Source: Octopus bimaculoides
Taxonomy: Eukaryota
Reading direction: 5' to 3'
Assembly (NCBI RefSeq): GCF_001194135.2
Contig: NC_068986.1
Location: 18,093,373 to 18,127,519, forward strand
Length of the DNA stretch: 34,147 nt
The notes beneath the pieces were generated by a model that saw only the letters and a program-made list of their open reading frames with translations, did no database searches and had not been told where the DNA came from. Both the position numbers and the translations under genes were made by a program. Positions 22,791-34,147 of this stretch are shown one piece after another. How positions within the stretch are numbered: the stretch's first letter is position 1; every line of letters begins with the position of its first letter.

Positions 22791-23426
22791 CTGTGTTGGT
22801 AATATAATTAATTTGAAGGATACTTTTTCCGACATTACAACACCTCATTCGCATATATAATTAGTATGATATTCAATGGTTAATATGAAAGAATTTAAAC
22901 ACTGAGTACGATAGGGAATGGAGCTTTCTTAGTAAATCTTTATAGAAGGAATGTGCACTGGGGTGGGAATATATTACGTGTGTTATGCATCCCTTGGTTA
23001 TAGAATTGTAATACGTATCATTTGCCCCTACTCAAACAGTATAAGTACATCCTATTCCATTCCCATATTATCTCACATTTCTCTGTGACTACAAGACAGC
23101 ACAGTCATACAGCTTTATATGGAAGACATGCGAGTTAGGTATTTGTAAGGCATCTGTGTTTTTTTACCAAATTTGCAAAAGATACACCTTCATCAGATTG
23201 TAAAGCATGTGTGCATTTTCTAAGTTCGTGCCTTGCATTCTTGCATTCTTTGCGTCTTGCAGGTTTGCAGTTGTTTATTCGAGAAGCCTGTAGAGTTGTT
23301 TATATCCTAATATTAATGAAGTCTGTGACAAAAAAATTCAGAGATTTTGCTGTAAATTTTAACTGGAGAAGAAACCTTTTTGGGTCATGGTGCATTACAT
23401 CTGAGATTCAAAATGCATTTACGCAT

Positions 23427-23570
<144 letters not shown>

Positions 23571-24224
23571 TAGATATACACATATGGATGGATAGGATTA
23601 TGGCATAAATTGTTTTACTGTCAACTTATTACATTACAGTAGCCTCATAAACGAAGTCGGTGTATTTTGGAAAGAATTCTTAGGTTAAGGAAAAATGAGG
23701 TTAGTTTAGAAAACTGTAGTTGATTCTTTTGACTGTTGCTTATATATACATTGTGTAATTTTGAGAAGATTCTTTATAACTTATTCTTTTTAACTTATTA
23801 TTAACCAACATTACTATTAGTTTTAGTTAGGATTCAATATAATGATACATTTTCTTTTGCAGATTCAGTTTACGATGTCATATATAAATATTATTACGTA
23901 TAACATCCGTTTCAAAACATAATTTTGGTCCTCTACTTATGGACTACAAACTGCCTTTGGGCGCTGAACAGCAATTAATGAAAAAGTATTTGCTTTTATT
24001 ATTTTCTGCACAACACACTGCATTTTTATATAAGGGGTATTCTGTCACGTTTTGATTGCTGTAGTCAAACTTTAGCGTAAATATGTTTTACTCAAAATAT
24101 TAGGTTAAACATATTTTCTATAATTAAACTTACTATTTTATATAGGTCCAAATTATTAACCTTATATGTTACTCCTTTGGCTTGCATCTATTTCGCTTTG
24201 ATTATGTTTTCACTTCTGAAGAAT

Positions 24225-24620
24225 TTTAGTGAATATTTTCGTTACGATGAGGGTATTTTAGTTTTATGATATTTAAGTTTTCTTTATTTGGAAATATTCG
24301 GGTCAATATTTTTTTTTCTATAATTAAGGGTTACATTTGGTAGATAGTGGTTTACATTCCTTTATTACCATGTGTTCCTTTAAGATGTTTAAGACCTAAT
24401 AGTTAACGCTGTATGTTAGTTTACGTCTAGTCTGATTCGTTTAGTGAACCCGTAATGTTGTTAGGAAGTAATATCTATTGGTTTATGTTATGTAATTAAT
24501 CTATATCATTGCAGTTGTAAGTTCGTTATTCGTTAGTTATTATTATTATTTTACTCTTAGGATTTTATGAGTTACAGCGTGTGTTTTCCACCACCTTCAG
24601 TAACTTCTTTTCAATACGTT
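24225..24620 (-). mobile_element. Possible heavily decayed Penelope-like element (C-terminal GIY-YIG region)
   Basis: The minus strand is A-rich and reads W.IKECKPLSTKCN, then after a frameshift IIEKKILTRIFPNKENLN....KYPHRNE. This resembles the W-x-I...CxLCxxEK...LN...CxHxN tail of Penelope endonucleases. The catalytic GIY/YIG motif is not recognisable. Confidence 0.35.
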
Positions 24621-25625
24621 TAGTTCATTACGTTTTATGTTTTATCACTTTTAAGATCTAAAGTTCTTGGGTTAGAAATGTCGTTTGGTAATATTCCTCT
24701 ACTTTTATATATTGCTTCTGAATTTCTATGCTTTATAACTAGAGCTATGTAACAAATTACTTTTTGAAATTTGATGTTAGAATTTGTGTTTTCTAACAGT
24801 AGGCGAGCGTTGACAAAACTGACACATTACGAAAATGCCTATCTTCTGAGGTTTTTATACGAATTCCCACGAGACGTTATGCTTTTAAGTGTGATGACGC
24901 AATCAGATTGAAAGGTGCTAAGCAGGTGTCAAGATCATAATGATATAAGATAGGCAGCTGAAGACGTTATATAAACTTTCGATGTGTATTTTTTTATGTG
25001 AATTTTTTGAATCTTTGTTTATTGTGGTTCTGTGCCATACTTCAATATAATTGTAGTTCTGGTAATATTTAATATTTTTATAGAGATCTTCGTGATGTTT
25101 TGAAACTGATTTCTTGCTTATAATATATCTCGTAGTTTATGCTTCACTGAGACCTCTAATTCGGATTAGATTAATGCTTGCTTATAGATTTGTAGTATAT
25201 GAACATTGAGTCGTGCATATACAGATATGCATACCTATGTATGTATATTCATATATGTATCTGCATGCATAACAATATATATATATGTGCTGTAACGGAT
25301 TACTGGGACTTCAAGGTTGTGGCCGAGACGGTAGTTATGGAGTCATTGCAGATTTCTGATGCAGCAGATGTATAACAGTTAAACAAGACGTCAAACATTA
25401 AGGCAAGGCAAATATCTGAAGTCAATGATTATAGGAAGAAACTCAAAATCTTACAGATGGGATGTCCCCGAGTATGGGATATTCTGTCATCAGAGACAAA
25501 TAGGTAGAAAATATGGAAAATGAAAATGCTATATATCAAGATTCAAGTGCTCTTCAGTGCTAAATTCGAAATCGTGGTACCATGTTAACTGGCATTCCTT
25601 TTGCAAATTTGCAGAGGTGAGTGCA

Positions 25626-25921
25626 TACACACACACACACACACANNNNNNNNNNNNNNNNNNNNNNNNNNNNNNNNNNNNNNNNNNNNNNNNNNNNNNN
25701 NNNNNNNNNNNNNNNNNNNNNNNNNNNNNNNNNNNNNNNNNNNNNNNNNNNNNNNNNNNNNNNNNNNNNNNNNNNNNNNNNNNNNNNNNNNNNNNNNNNN
25801 NNNNNNNNNNNNNNNNNNNNNNNNNNNNNNNNNNNNNNNNNNNNNNNNNNNNNNNNNNNNNNNNNNNNNNNNNNNNNNNNNNNNNNNNNNNNNNNNNNNN
25901 NNNNNNNNNNNNNNNNNNNNN

Positions 25922-25962
<41 letters not shown>

Positions 25963-26001
25963 AGCAGACAGACAGACAAGCAGACAGACAAGCAGACAGA
26001 T
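25626..26001. repeat. (CA)n, gap, then (GA)n/(GACA)n microsatellites
   Basis: Simple repeats flank the N-run at 25646-25921. Confidence 0.9.
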
Positions 26002-27300
26002 AAATAGTACTTTTTGTACGTGAGTTATAAATAACCTTGTGAAATTCAGTTTTCTAAACATTTTATTCCATCGGAGGTCATGTCATGGAAGTGTTTGTGA
26101 CAAAAGGACTCTAAGATAGCAGATACATTCAGTTGATTACTTAACTAATTCAATTATTAACTAGTTTGGTTAGTTGGAAGAAAAGAATTGAAAGCGTCTC
26201 GGTGTCTGTGTTTATAATTGATATGATAATGCTCCTTAGAATCAACGAAATATGATTATAACATCCGGCAGTTTAATCAAGGCGTAATCAGTTCTTTGAT
26301 CAACCGTAAGTTCTAACATTTGAATCAACGTGAGATGTGCGTGAATATTTTACAGACGATTGAGAATCTAAAGTAACTTCATGGAGATCTCATAAATGAA
26401 AATTGTAAGGCAAAACAAATTATTTTAAATGCCGGGGAAAGCAATCCGAGAAAGTAATAAAAACTTCTTTTATATTCATTTTATCCAAGTGGTTTGGTCG
26501 AAATAAAACCGTTGGTAAAACGTTTCTGCTCATATCACGCAGTCGCATCGAAACCAAAAACTACCGGATTATATACCAAGCATCTTCAGCACTTTTTTAA
26601 GTGTGTACCCATATGTATGTTTGTTTCCAATGTGAATATATATTCCAAGGCACACACTGATATGTGCACTTGTGTTTGCATATATGAATAAAGTATTGCC
26701 TATGCACACAAATGTACATATGACTATATATATGTATGCATGTATATATATATGTATGTATATGTGTGTGTGTGTGAATATATTCGAGCCTGTGTGTCAT
26801 AAAGTTATGAGTGAATGCGCATGTTCAAAATCACTTGTTTAAAGTGTTACTGTTACTTAGTTTCGGTATTTATTTATATTTTATCACATATTGTAATATA
26901 CTTAATTGATTGTTTGTTTGTTTCTAGTACTCCGAATTTCTTACAACATATTCTTTTTGATTTTAAAATATCTAAGTTTATTTTACATTTACTATTCATA
27001 TTATATGGTACGGTTATTGTCTTCAAATCTTTTACATAAAATACGCTGCTCCCACATTCTATAAAGATGTAACAACATGTTATTATGGTTTTCAAAAAAA
27101 AACGTTTCTAATTCTTTGCATTCATAAATACTTTATATTATTTTCCTATGATATATATTTTGATTTTATTTTGTGCATCTTGTTGAAGATAAAAGAAATG
27201 AGAGCTAATGGCATGCTAATGTTATACAGTAAGATAAAACTAATACGTTGATAAAATTTAAATCATACGTACGCTGTAAACGATTCCTTTTATGTTTATG

Positions 27301-27632
<332 letters not shown>

Positions 27633-28677
27633 AGAGTGTTGATGATTTTGATTTATTAATTTGCCACACGGGTTCTCATAAAAGAGGAACAGTACAAAAT
27701 ATATGACACAATGTTTTGGAGATTTTACATGAAAAATTTAAGATGATGGATAACAAAACAGCACGTGGTCAAAACCAAATTGTAACGCAAGTAATGTTTT
27801 TGTGGAGTAGCCTTGGAGCAATCAAGTAGAAAAAGTACATAAATCCGGTCGCTCTGACCAACAAGTGCACGTGACGTGTTATGACCCGCATATACAGGCG
27901 TAAATGAGGTCCGTATCTTGTTCTCATCTCTTAGCCACCTTTCAGTAAATTAACAATGGGCGGAACAGCGTTTTTCTGTATCCACCCTCACTCTTCGTTT
28001 CCGCTCGAATGACATGGTAGGTGTCTGAGTACAATCATATTATTCATGTCCAGTAACCAATAATTTTCGACACAGCGATCAGTACATCGCAGAATTCTTT
28101 CTCTTACTGACATAAACCAAGTGAAATCATCATCAGGACTCCTGTTTCTCGATTTTCAACATAGAAGTAATGTCACGCTACGTCCCATTCTTTGCCGAGG
28201 GATAGCCTTTCGGCACTTTCATTCTTCTAGCGTTTGAATCATTTCAATTCGGTAATACAGGAAATTATCCTTAGCCTCTCGGTGGAAAGTTGTCTGGAGG
28301 AAGAGTTTTTAAGGTCTCCCCAAGAACATCGTCGTTCTTCTGCATAATCGTTTATCTGCGTACTACATACGAAAACATGAACGTAATGTTGACCTTCAAG
28401 CATTCACAGCCGGGTTGACATGCGAAATGTTCACTTGAGAAAAAGAAAAAGAAAATATAAAGTGTAAAACTGCAACAAACTTACAAATTATAAATGGAAG
28501 AAGTAGCAGATTTTATGCAGTGTATGAATAAATGTTTGAGTTATTACAAATGTCCTGAGACACTCACGCATACATTCGTATGAATAAATACAGAGTCCTA
28601 ATTCGCCTTTTGTTTAGATTAAATTTTAAAATTACTCTGTATATAATTGCTTTTCGGCACTAATATGTCTATAAATA

Positions 28678-28826
28678 TTGAGTGAGACAAGCAAAACTCC
28701 GTGTATCACCAAAGATGAAGTGAAGGCAAGGATTATAGCAGCATTCACGAACTTAAACAAAGAGACCATCGAGAAGAGTTGTAGGGGATTCCGAGGTCGT
28801 CTGGAAGCCGTGGTTGAGGCCAATTC
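28678..28826 (+). mobile_element. C-terminal remnant of a maT/Tc1-like transposase
   Basis: KTPCITKDEVKARIIAAFTNLNKETIEKSCRGFRGRLEAVVEAN is homologous to the C-terminus at 9650-9750 (LESVVEAEG). Confidence 0.8.
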
Positions 28827-30408
28827 CTCGTGTTTATTATCAATTATTTTACATTATGGAAGAAATATATATCTTAGTCCCTCTACCTTCTGTTCCTTTA
28901 CATTATTATTCTATTGTGAATATTATAAGATATTCTTTGGATTAAATCATTGATTTGATTTACTGTATCAGCCTTCATTTGTTGAGTGAGCATTTGAGAT
29001 ATTGAGAAATTCCTCATGGCACATTTATTATGTTTAATAACTGCAGGCTGATGCAGTGACATATTTACACATCTATTTCTGACAGTGGACCTAAATATAT
29101 TTCAGTTACCATCTGTAAAATATTGGCTTCTGCAGCTACACATTCCGGATTTTTTTTTTTTGTATGTGTTCTTGTGGATTTTTATCATATTTTAATTTTT
29201 CCTCCTTATATTTTAAATTATTCCAGACGTTGAATTCTAGGTTGAATGGTACTCCAAGATGCGTAGCAAGACTACCTTTTGCCCTGTTCTCATTTATCTC
29301 GTACAATTTGTCTCATCGACAAATTCTATCACTCCCGGTATTGATCTGTGAACTCATTCAGAATTTTAAATTGTTTGACTCCTACTAAACATAGCTTAAT
29401 GTTCACCAATTCTGCATTCATACCTCATTTGCGCTGTGATAGAAGTGCAAATGTTATTCATGGTTCTAATCCATGGCTAATATTTCATATTGCTCCTCTT
29501 AAGTGTCTCTAACCTGCAAACTACGGCTCAAATATATAGACAGTTATACAGGTATACAGATATGACAATTTTAGCCTTTGCTTCCGCTGCAGATTCAGTT
29601 TTAAATATATATCATAACGTATCATATAGCTTGTGTATGTTTTAGTCCATACAGCATACCACCATATGTCCTGTACAGCCGGTTATAACAGCTCAGTTGA
29701 AGCTATTTTCCTCACCTTTCGTCTTTTCGTAGAATAAGTTTAATGCTTCATCTCAATGCTAAATCTCATTGTTTTCTTCGTAGTCCTTATTAATGAAATG
29801 TCATTCGCTTCTACGAAATTCTCTCACTTATGATTTATTTCATTTTAATTGTGATGGCTCTAAACCTTCCAGGTTTTAATTAGGTAATAAAAGAAGATGT
29901 GTCGTTACATAACAGTTATATGAATAGACCGCAGTTTTTTTTTTTTAATTCATGCTAGAGATGTTACTGCTATAATTATACTTACTATCATTGCAGTCTT
30001 TAGGATTACTTCTACGTCTGTTTGGGATATTTTCTTGTATTCATTTTTCACTAAAATATTGATTTTTCACCTCCTTGTATTTTCATATGTGTTTAATTCG
30101 GTATTGTATAATTTAATGTATTGTCTCACGTTGCAGTGTTTATACTTGGAGCATAATTCAGTGAGTGATAAACACTTTTGATGTGAAAATGCAATATGTC
30201 GCAATAGTAGAAAAATTAAAAGTTAGAAAAAAAAACAATTCATTTTTTTTCTGTACTCTGCCTGCGGGTATCGAGGATACCCATTAATTAGGCAATTATT
30301 CTTTTGTTATACAAGTAGTCCAATTACAATATCGCTTAGTAATTACATGAATTATTGTGCTTCAAAGAAAGAATCCGAAAGATATCTTCTCACAACGAAA
30401 TTTAAATA

Positions 30409-30473
30409 ATAGTAGTAGTGGTGGTTGTGATAGTGGTGGATGTGGTGGTGGTGGTAGAAGTAGTAGTAGTAGC

Positions 30474-30507
<34 letters not shown>

Positions 30508-30520
30508 TCAGCAGCAATGA
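30409..30520. repeat. (GGT)/(AGT)n trinucleotide tract
   Basis: Direct reading; lies at the 3' end of the adjacent minus-strand SINE. Confidence 0.9.
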
Positions 30521-30522
30521 TG

Positions 30523-30755
30523 TGATTTCATATTTTGGCAAAAGGCCAGCAATTCCAGAGTGTGGGAGGGTTAAGTCGATAATATCGACGCCTGGTCCAT
30601 GACTGGTACGTTTTTCCTTTTTCTTTAAATCTCCCACTGATAACATGAATAGCTATATGGGCGACGCAGGATTTTAAACGCAGAAAGAATTGACGGGAGA
30701 AATGCCGCGGAGCATTTTGCCCGGCATTGTAACGTTTTTGCCAACTCGCCGCCTT
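30523..30755 (-). mobile_element. Full-length but diverged SINE copy
   Basis: The reverse complement starts aaggcggcgagttggcaaaaacgtta..atgccgggcaaaatgct..gcggcatttc, like 18865, and ends gtcgatatt.tcgacttaaccctccc...ggcctt.tgcc.aaatatgaaatca. Confidence 0.8.
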
Positions 30756-30757
30756 AA

Positions 30758-30768
30758 CAATGATAATG

Positions 30769-30811
<43 letters not shown>
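30758..30811. repeat. (AAT)n microsatellite running into a gap
   Basis: Direct reading. Confidence 0.95.
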
Positions 30812-31706
30812 NNNNNNNNNNNNNNNNNNNNNNNNNNNNNNNNNNNNNNNNNNNNNNNNNNNNNNNNNNNNNNNNNNNNNNNNNNNNNNNNNNNNNNNNN
30901 NNNNNNNNNNNNNNNNNNNNNNNNNNNNNNNNNNNNNNNNNNNNNNNNNNNNNNNNNNNNNNNNNNNNNNNNNNNNNNNNNNNNNNNNNNNNNNNNNNNN
31001 NNNNNNNNNNNNNNNNNNNNNNNNNNNNNNNNNNNNNNNNNNNNNNNNNNNNNNNNNNNNNNNNNNNNNNNNNNNNNNNNNNNNNNNNNNNNNNNNNNNN
31101 NNNNNNNNNNNNNNNNNNNNNNNNNNNNNNNNNNNNNNNNNNNNNNNNNNNNNNNNNNNNNNNNNNNNNNNNNNNNNNNNNNNNNNNNNNNNNNNNNNNN
31201 NNNNNNNNNNNNNNNNNNNNNNNNNNNNNNNNNNNNNNNNNNNNNNNNNNNNNNNNNNNNNNNNNNNNNNNNNNNNNNNNNNNNNNNNNNNNNNNNNNNN
31301 NNNNNNNNNNNNNNNNNNNNNNNNNNNNNNNNNNNNNNNNNNNNNNNNNNNNNNNNNNNNNNNNNNNNNNNNNNNNNNNNNNNNNNNNNNNNNNNNNNNN
31401 NNNNNNNNNNNNNNNNNNNNNNNNNNNNNNNNNNNNNNNNNNNNNNNNNNNNNNNNNNNNNNNNNNNNNNNNNNNNNNNNNNNNNNNNNNNNNNNNNNNN
31501 NNNNNNNNNNNNNNNNNNNNNNNNNNNNNNNNNNNNNNNNNNNNNNNNNNNNNNNNNNNNNNNNNNNNNNNNNNNNNNNNNNNNNNNNNNNNNNNNNNNN
31601 NNNNNNNNNNNNNNNNNNNNNNNNNNNNNNNNNNNNNNNNNNNNNNNNNNNNNNNNNNNNNNNNNNNNNNNNNNNNNNNNNNNNNNNNNNNNNNNNNNNN
31701 NNNNNN

Positions 31707-31988
31707 GTACAAATCCAAATATATGGTACCTTAGGCATAACACCTACATGAACTTCTAACTTGTCTCTTGAGGTCACTGGATGAGACTTGGATCCAACTT
31801 GTACAAATGCAAAACAAAAGTCAAACATGAAATAATAATAATAACAACAACAATAAATACTTTCTAATTGATGTGTCAATAACAGCAGATGACAACGTTT
31901 GCCTAAAAGAAATGGAAAAACTTTCAAAATACAAAGTCCTAGAAATACAGGTAACTCGAATGTGGAACCTAAAAACAGAAACAATTCC
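31707..31988 (+). mobile_element. RLE-type (R4/Dong-like) non-LTR retrotransposon pieces: a 3' UTR with AAT tail, then an RLE coding fragment
   Basis: 31852-31988 reads NKYFLIDVSITADDNVCLKEMEKLSKYKVLEIQVTRMWNLKTETI (restriction-like endonuclease C-terminus). 31707-31850 ends in aataataataataacaacaac like an element 3' end. Confidence 0.75.
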
Positions 31989-31998
31989 NNNNNNNNNN

Positions 31999-32198
31999 TC
32001 TTATGGGATTTTATGATTCATTGCGACCATGAGATAGAGAACAGGAAACCAGACATGGGGTTAATTGAGAAAGAAAGCAAACTATGCTTGATCATAAATA
32101 TAGCATGTCCAGCTGACAACTAGGTATGCATTAAGGAAGAAAGAAAAGTGGGTAGATATGACAGGTTAGCTCGGGAGGTTAAGCAGTTGTGGTTGATG
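31999..32198 (+). mobile_element. Second RLE-type retrotransposon endonuclease fragment
   Basis: LWDFMIHCDHEIENRKPDMGLIEKESKLCLIINIACPADN*VCIKEERKVGRYDRLAREVKQLW carries the RKPD...(D)...K..Y PD-(D/E)xK motif of RLE elements. Confidence 0.85.
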
Positions 32199-32249
32199 GA
32201 GTCCTGGGAGCAGTAAGAAAAATCCTGAGAGGTACGTGGAACAAATAAG

Positions 32250-32702
32250 GTTTGCAATATACTGTAGCCAACTCAACCAAATGATGCAGAAACGTACAAA
32301 GAATCTGCCTATATTAGTCAACAGATCCATTCCCATTTTATTGCAAGACAACGCCAGATTCACACATCGCAAAAATAACATAAGAGGAGTTAGAGTTGGA
32401 AGTTCATCCACCATACTCACCTGATATTGTCCCCATTGACAACCACTTCTTCAAGAATTAGGATAAGTTTTTGATAGCAAAAACATTTAATTCCGACGAA
32501 GCTGTAAAACAGGCCTCTCAAGATTTTATTGACTATATTACCAGGCTTTTACAGTTCCAGGCTGGACAAGCTACCGCTAAAATGGTAAAAGTGTATTGAC
32601 AATATGGGTGCATACTTTGATTAATAAATCTATTCATCGTATTTATAAAACATTCGCAGACTTTATATTCTTTTCTACAAATTTCACACTTGACGACCTA
32701 TT
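32250..32702 (+). mobile_element. Decayed mariner (DD34D-type) transposase C-terminal half with a TIR-like right end
   Basis: Reads IYCSQLNQM...PILLQDNAR, HPPYSPDIVPIDNHFF, TFNSDEAVKQA and LDKLPLKW*KCIDNMGAYFD*. Ends in cacttgacgaccta+tta. Confidence 0.9.
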
Positions 32703-33334
32703 AATTTATGTATGTATAATTACCTACACTAACATATATATTTACATAATCTTGAGATTTCATATACGAACGTGCGTACATACCCAGGATTATCAGAGGA
32801 CAGAAAACTTTTAATTATATTATGGGAAACATTTTTATTTCTATCGTACTATTTCCAAATATACTGGGATTCTTATCAATTTAATAAGAAATAAATACAT
32901 TGAAAATGCGACCCTCTATTTTCAAACACCTCATAAATAATTGAGTATGTGTACAGCTATTGAACTCTCTTAAACTCATTCAAACTTTCGGTAAGTGATT
33001 AGATATAAAATTCCGGATTTCTGTTAATGGAATTCTGACTGGTTACACTTTAAATGTCCAATTTAGATTTAATACAACTTGAAATCAGGTAGGAGAATCT
33101 TCGCGTTTGGCATTTAAATTTCTACAAATCTAATGGCTCTTTACATTATCCTGATGAAAAACCGGCTAAAGCGATTTAATTGAAAGAAATATAATGGAAT
33201 CCAAATAACATTTAAAGTGTTTTCGTTTCGGATCACAGTCTGTGTTATCTACGAGGGTGACTTGTATATAAGTACAAAAATACATATACATACGTTTATA
33301 TACCTATAGAGGTACATACACACACATACTCCTA

Positions 33335-33424
33335 TATATGTGTGTGCGTGTATGTGTGTATGTGTGTCTGTTCAGCTGTATGTTATCTATTTATATATTT
33401 ATATATACATACATACACACACAC

Positions 33425-33476
<52 letters not shown>

Positions 33477-33558
33477 GTGCGTGTGTGCGTGTGTGCGTGT
33501 GTGCGTGTGTATACATATACATACGTTTATATACATATGTATATGTAAATATATATAA

Positions 33559-33590
<32 letters not shown>

Positions 33591-33630
33591 AGGGATATTT
33601 GTATATGCATATATATATATTTACATATAT
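33335..33630. repeat. Compound (TG)n/(TA)n/(CGTG)n tract
   Basis: Direct reading. Confidence 0.9.
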
Positions 33631-33639
33631 GTGAATATA

Positions 33640-33765
33640 CAGGGTGTCCACAATATCTGGGTACATGGAGTAAATTAAATTATAACATTAACAATTAAAT
33701 ATAAGAAATAATAATTTATTAAAGTATGTGTTAATCCTCATGTACCTAGACTTTGTGGACACCAG
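33640..33765. mobile_element. ~125-bp Tc1/mariner-type MITE
   Basis: The left end is TA+CAGGGTGTCCACAATATCTGGGTACATG. The reverse complement of the right end is GGTGTCCACAAAGTCTAGGTACATG. The core is AT-rich; the outermost right bases are lost. Confidence 0.8.
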
Positions 33766-34011
33766 CCTTGCCCATGCATACTGCTTACACCTTCCCTCTC
33801 TTTAGAAGTAATTGTCCCTTTACTATCACCACTAGATAAGAAACAATAGAATTCTGAGACAGTTAAAACTTTTGTATAGAATCAATTACTAGCCTGATAG
33901 ACCCTGCTATGTCAAGATGGACTTATATATTCTTCCTCTGCTCTCTCCCACTTGGTTTTAATATGTTGCCACATTTGTAATATGTCTTTTTTTCTACATT
34001 TTTTCGTGCAG

Positions 34012-34041
34012 CTGAGGATTGCTCTTCATATTGCATATAAG
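34012..34041 (+). other. Candidate 30-nt internal micro-exon (phase 0-0, LRIALHIAYK) of an unidentified gene
   Basis: Long polypyrimidine acceptor tcttttttctacattttttcgtgcAG, donor AAG/GTAATG, length a multiple of 3, and only one open frame. No homology recognised. Confidence 0.3.
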
Positions 34042-34147
34042 GTAATGCTCACATTACTTAAATAAATTGAAGTAGCATGAAACGTGCGTACTGCAATCAC
34101 TTTTGAAATCCGTGTTGCTTATTATTTGATTTTAATCACCCATCCTT

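Noticed and set aside
23640-24900. T-rich tract as a mitochondrial insertion (NUMT)
   Set aside because: No ND4, ND5 or COX motifs are recoverable; the strand bias is better explained by an A-rich retroelement on the minus strand.
33143-33196. CATTATC-CTGATGA...GAAA...ATAATG as a hammerhead
   Set aside because: It has a core box and a 6-bp stem I-like pairing, but no credible stem II and no NUH triplet in register.

Overview
AT-rich eukaryotic scaffold with 7 N-gaps and very dense microsatellites. The repeat families resemble those I recall from octopus (coleoid cephalopod) genomes; this is an inference, not a search result. I cannot establish any intact protein-coding gene, and most supplied ORFs are artefacts of microsatellites or N-runs. 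The window is mostly decayed mobile DNA: tRNA-like SINEs including a head-to-tail trimer, two maT/DD37D-type and two mariner-type transposase remnants, a Tx1/L1-like endonuclease fragment, RLE (R4/Dong-like) retrotransposon 3' pieces, a probable Penelope-like GIY-YIG remnant, and two TIR/foldback elements. The most interesting signals are RNA-structural. A ~170-bp ORF-less repeat occurs twice (6762-6904 +, 12175-12345 -), and the minus-strand copy carries a minimal hammerhead ribozyme core (CUGAUGA...GAAA). A gap-bounded, highly structured 234-nt unit at 2763-3321 is arranged as both a tandem and a 97%-identical inverted repeat. A few isolated exon-like segments with strong splice signals occur, the best being a 30-nt candidate at 34012-34041.
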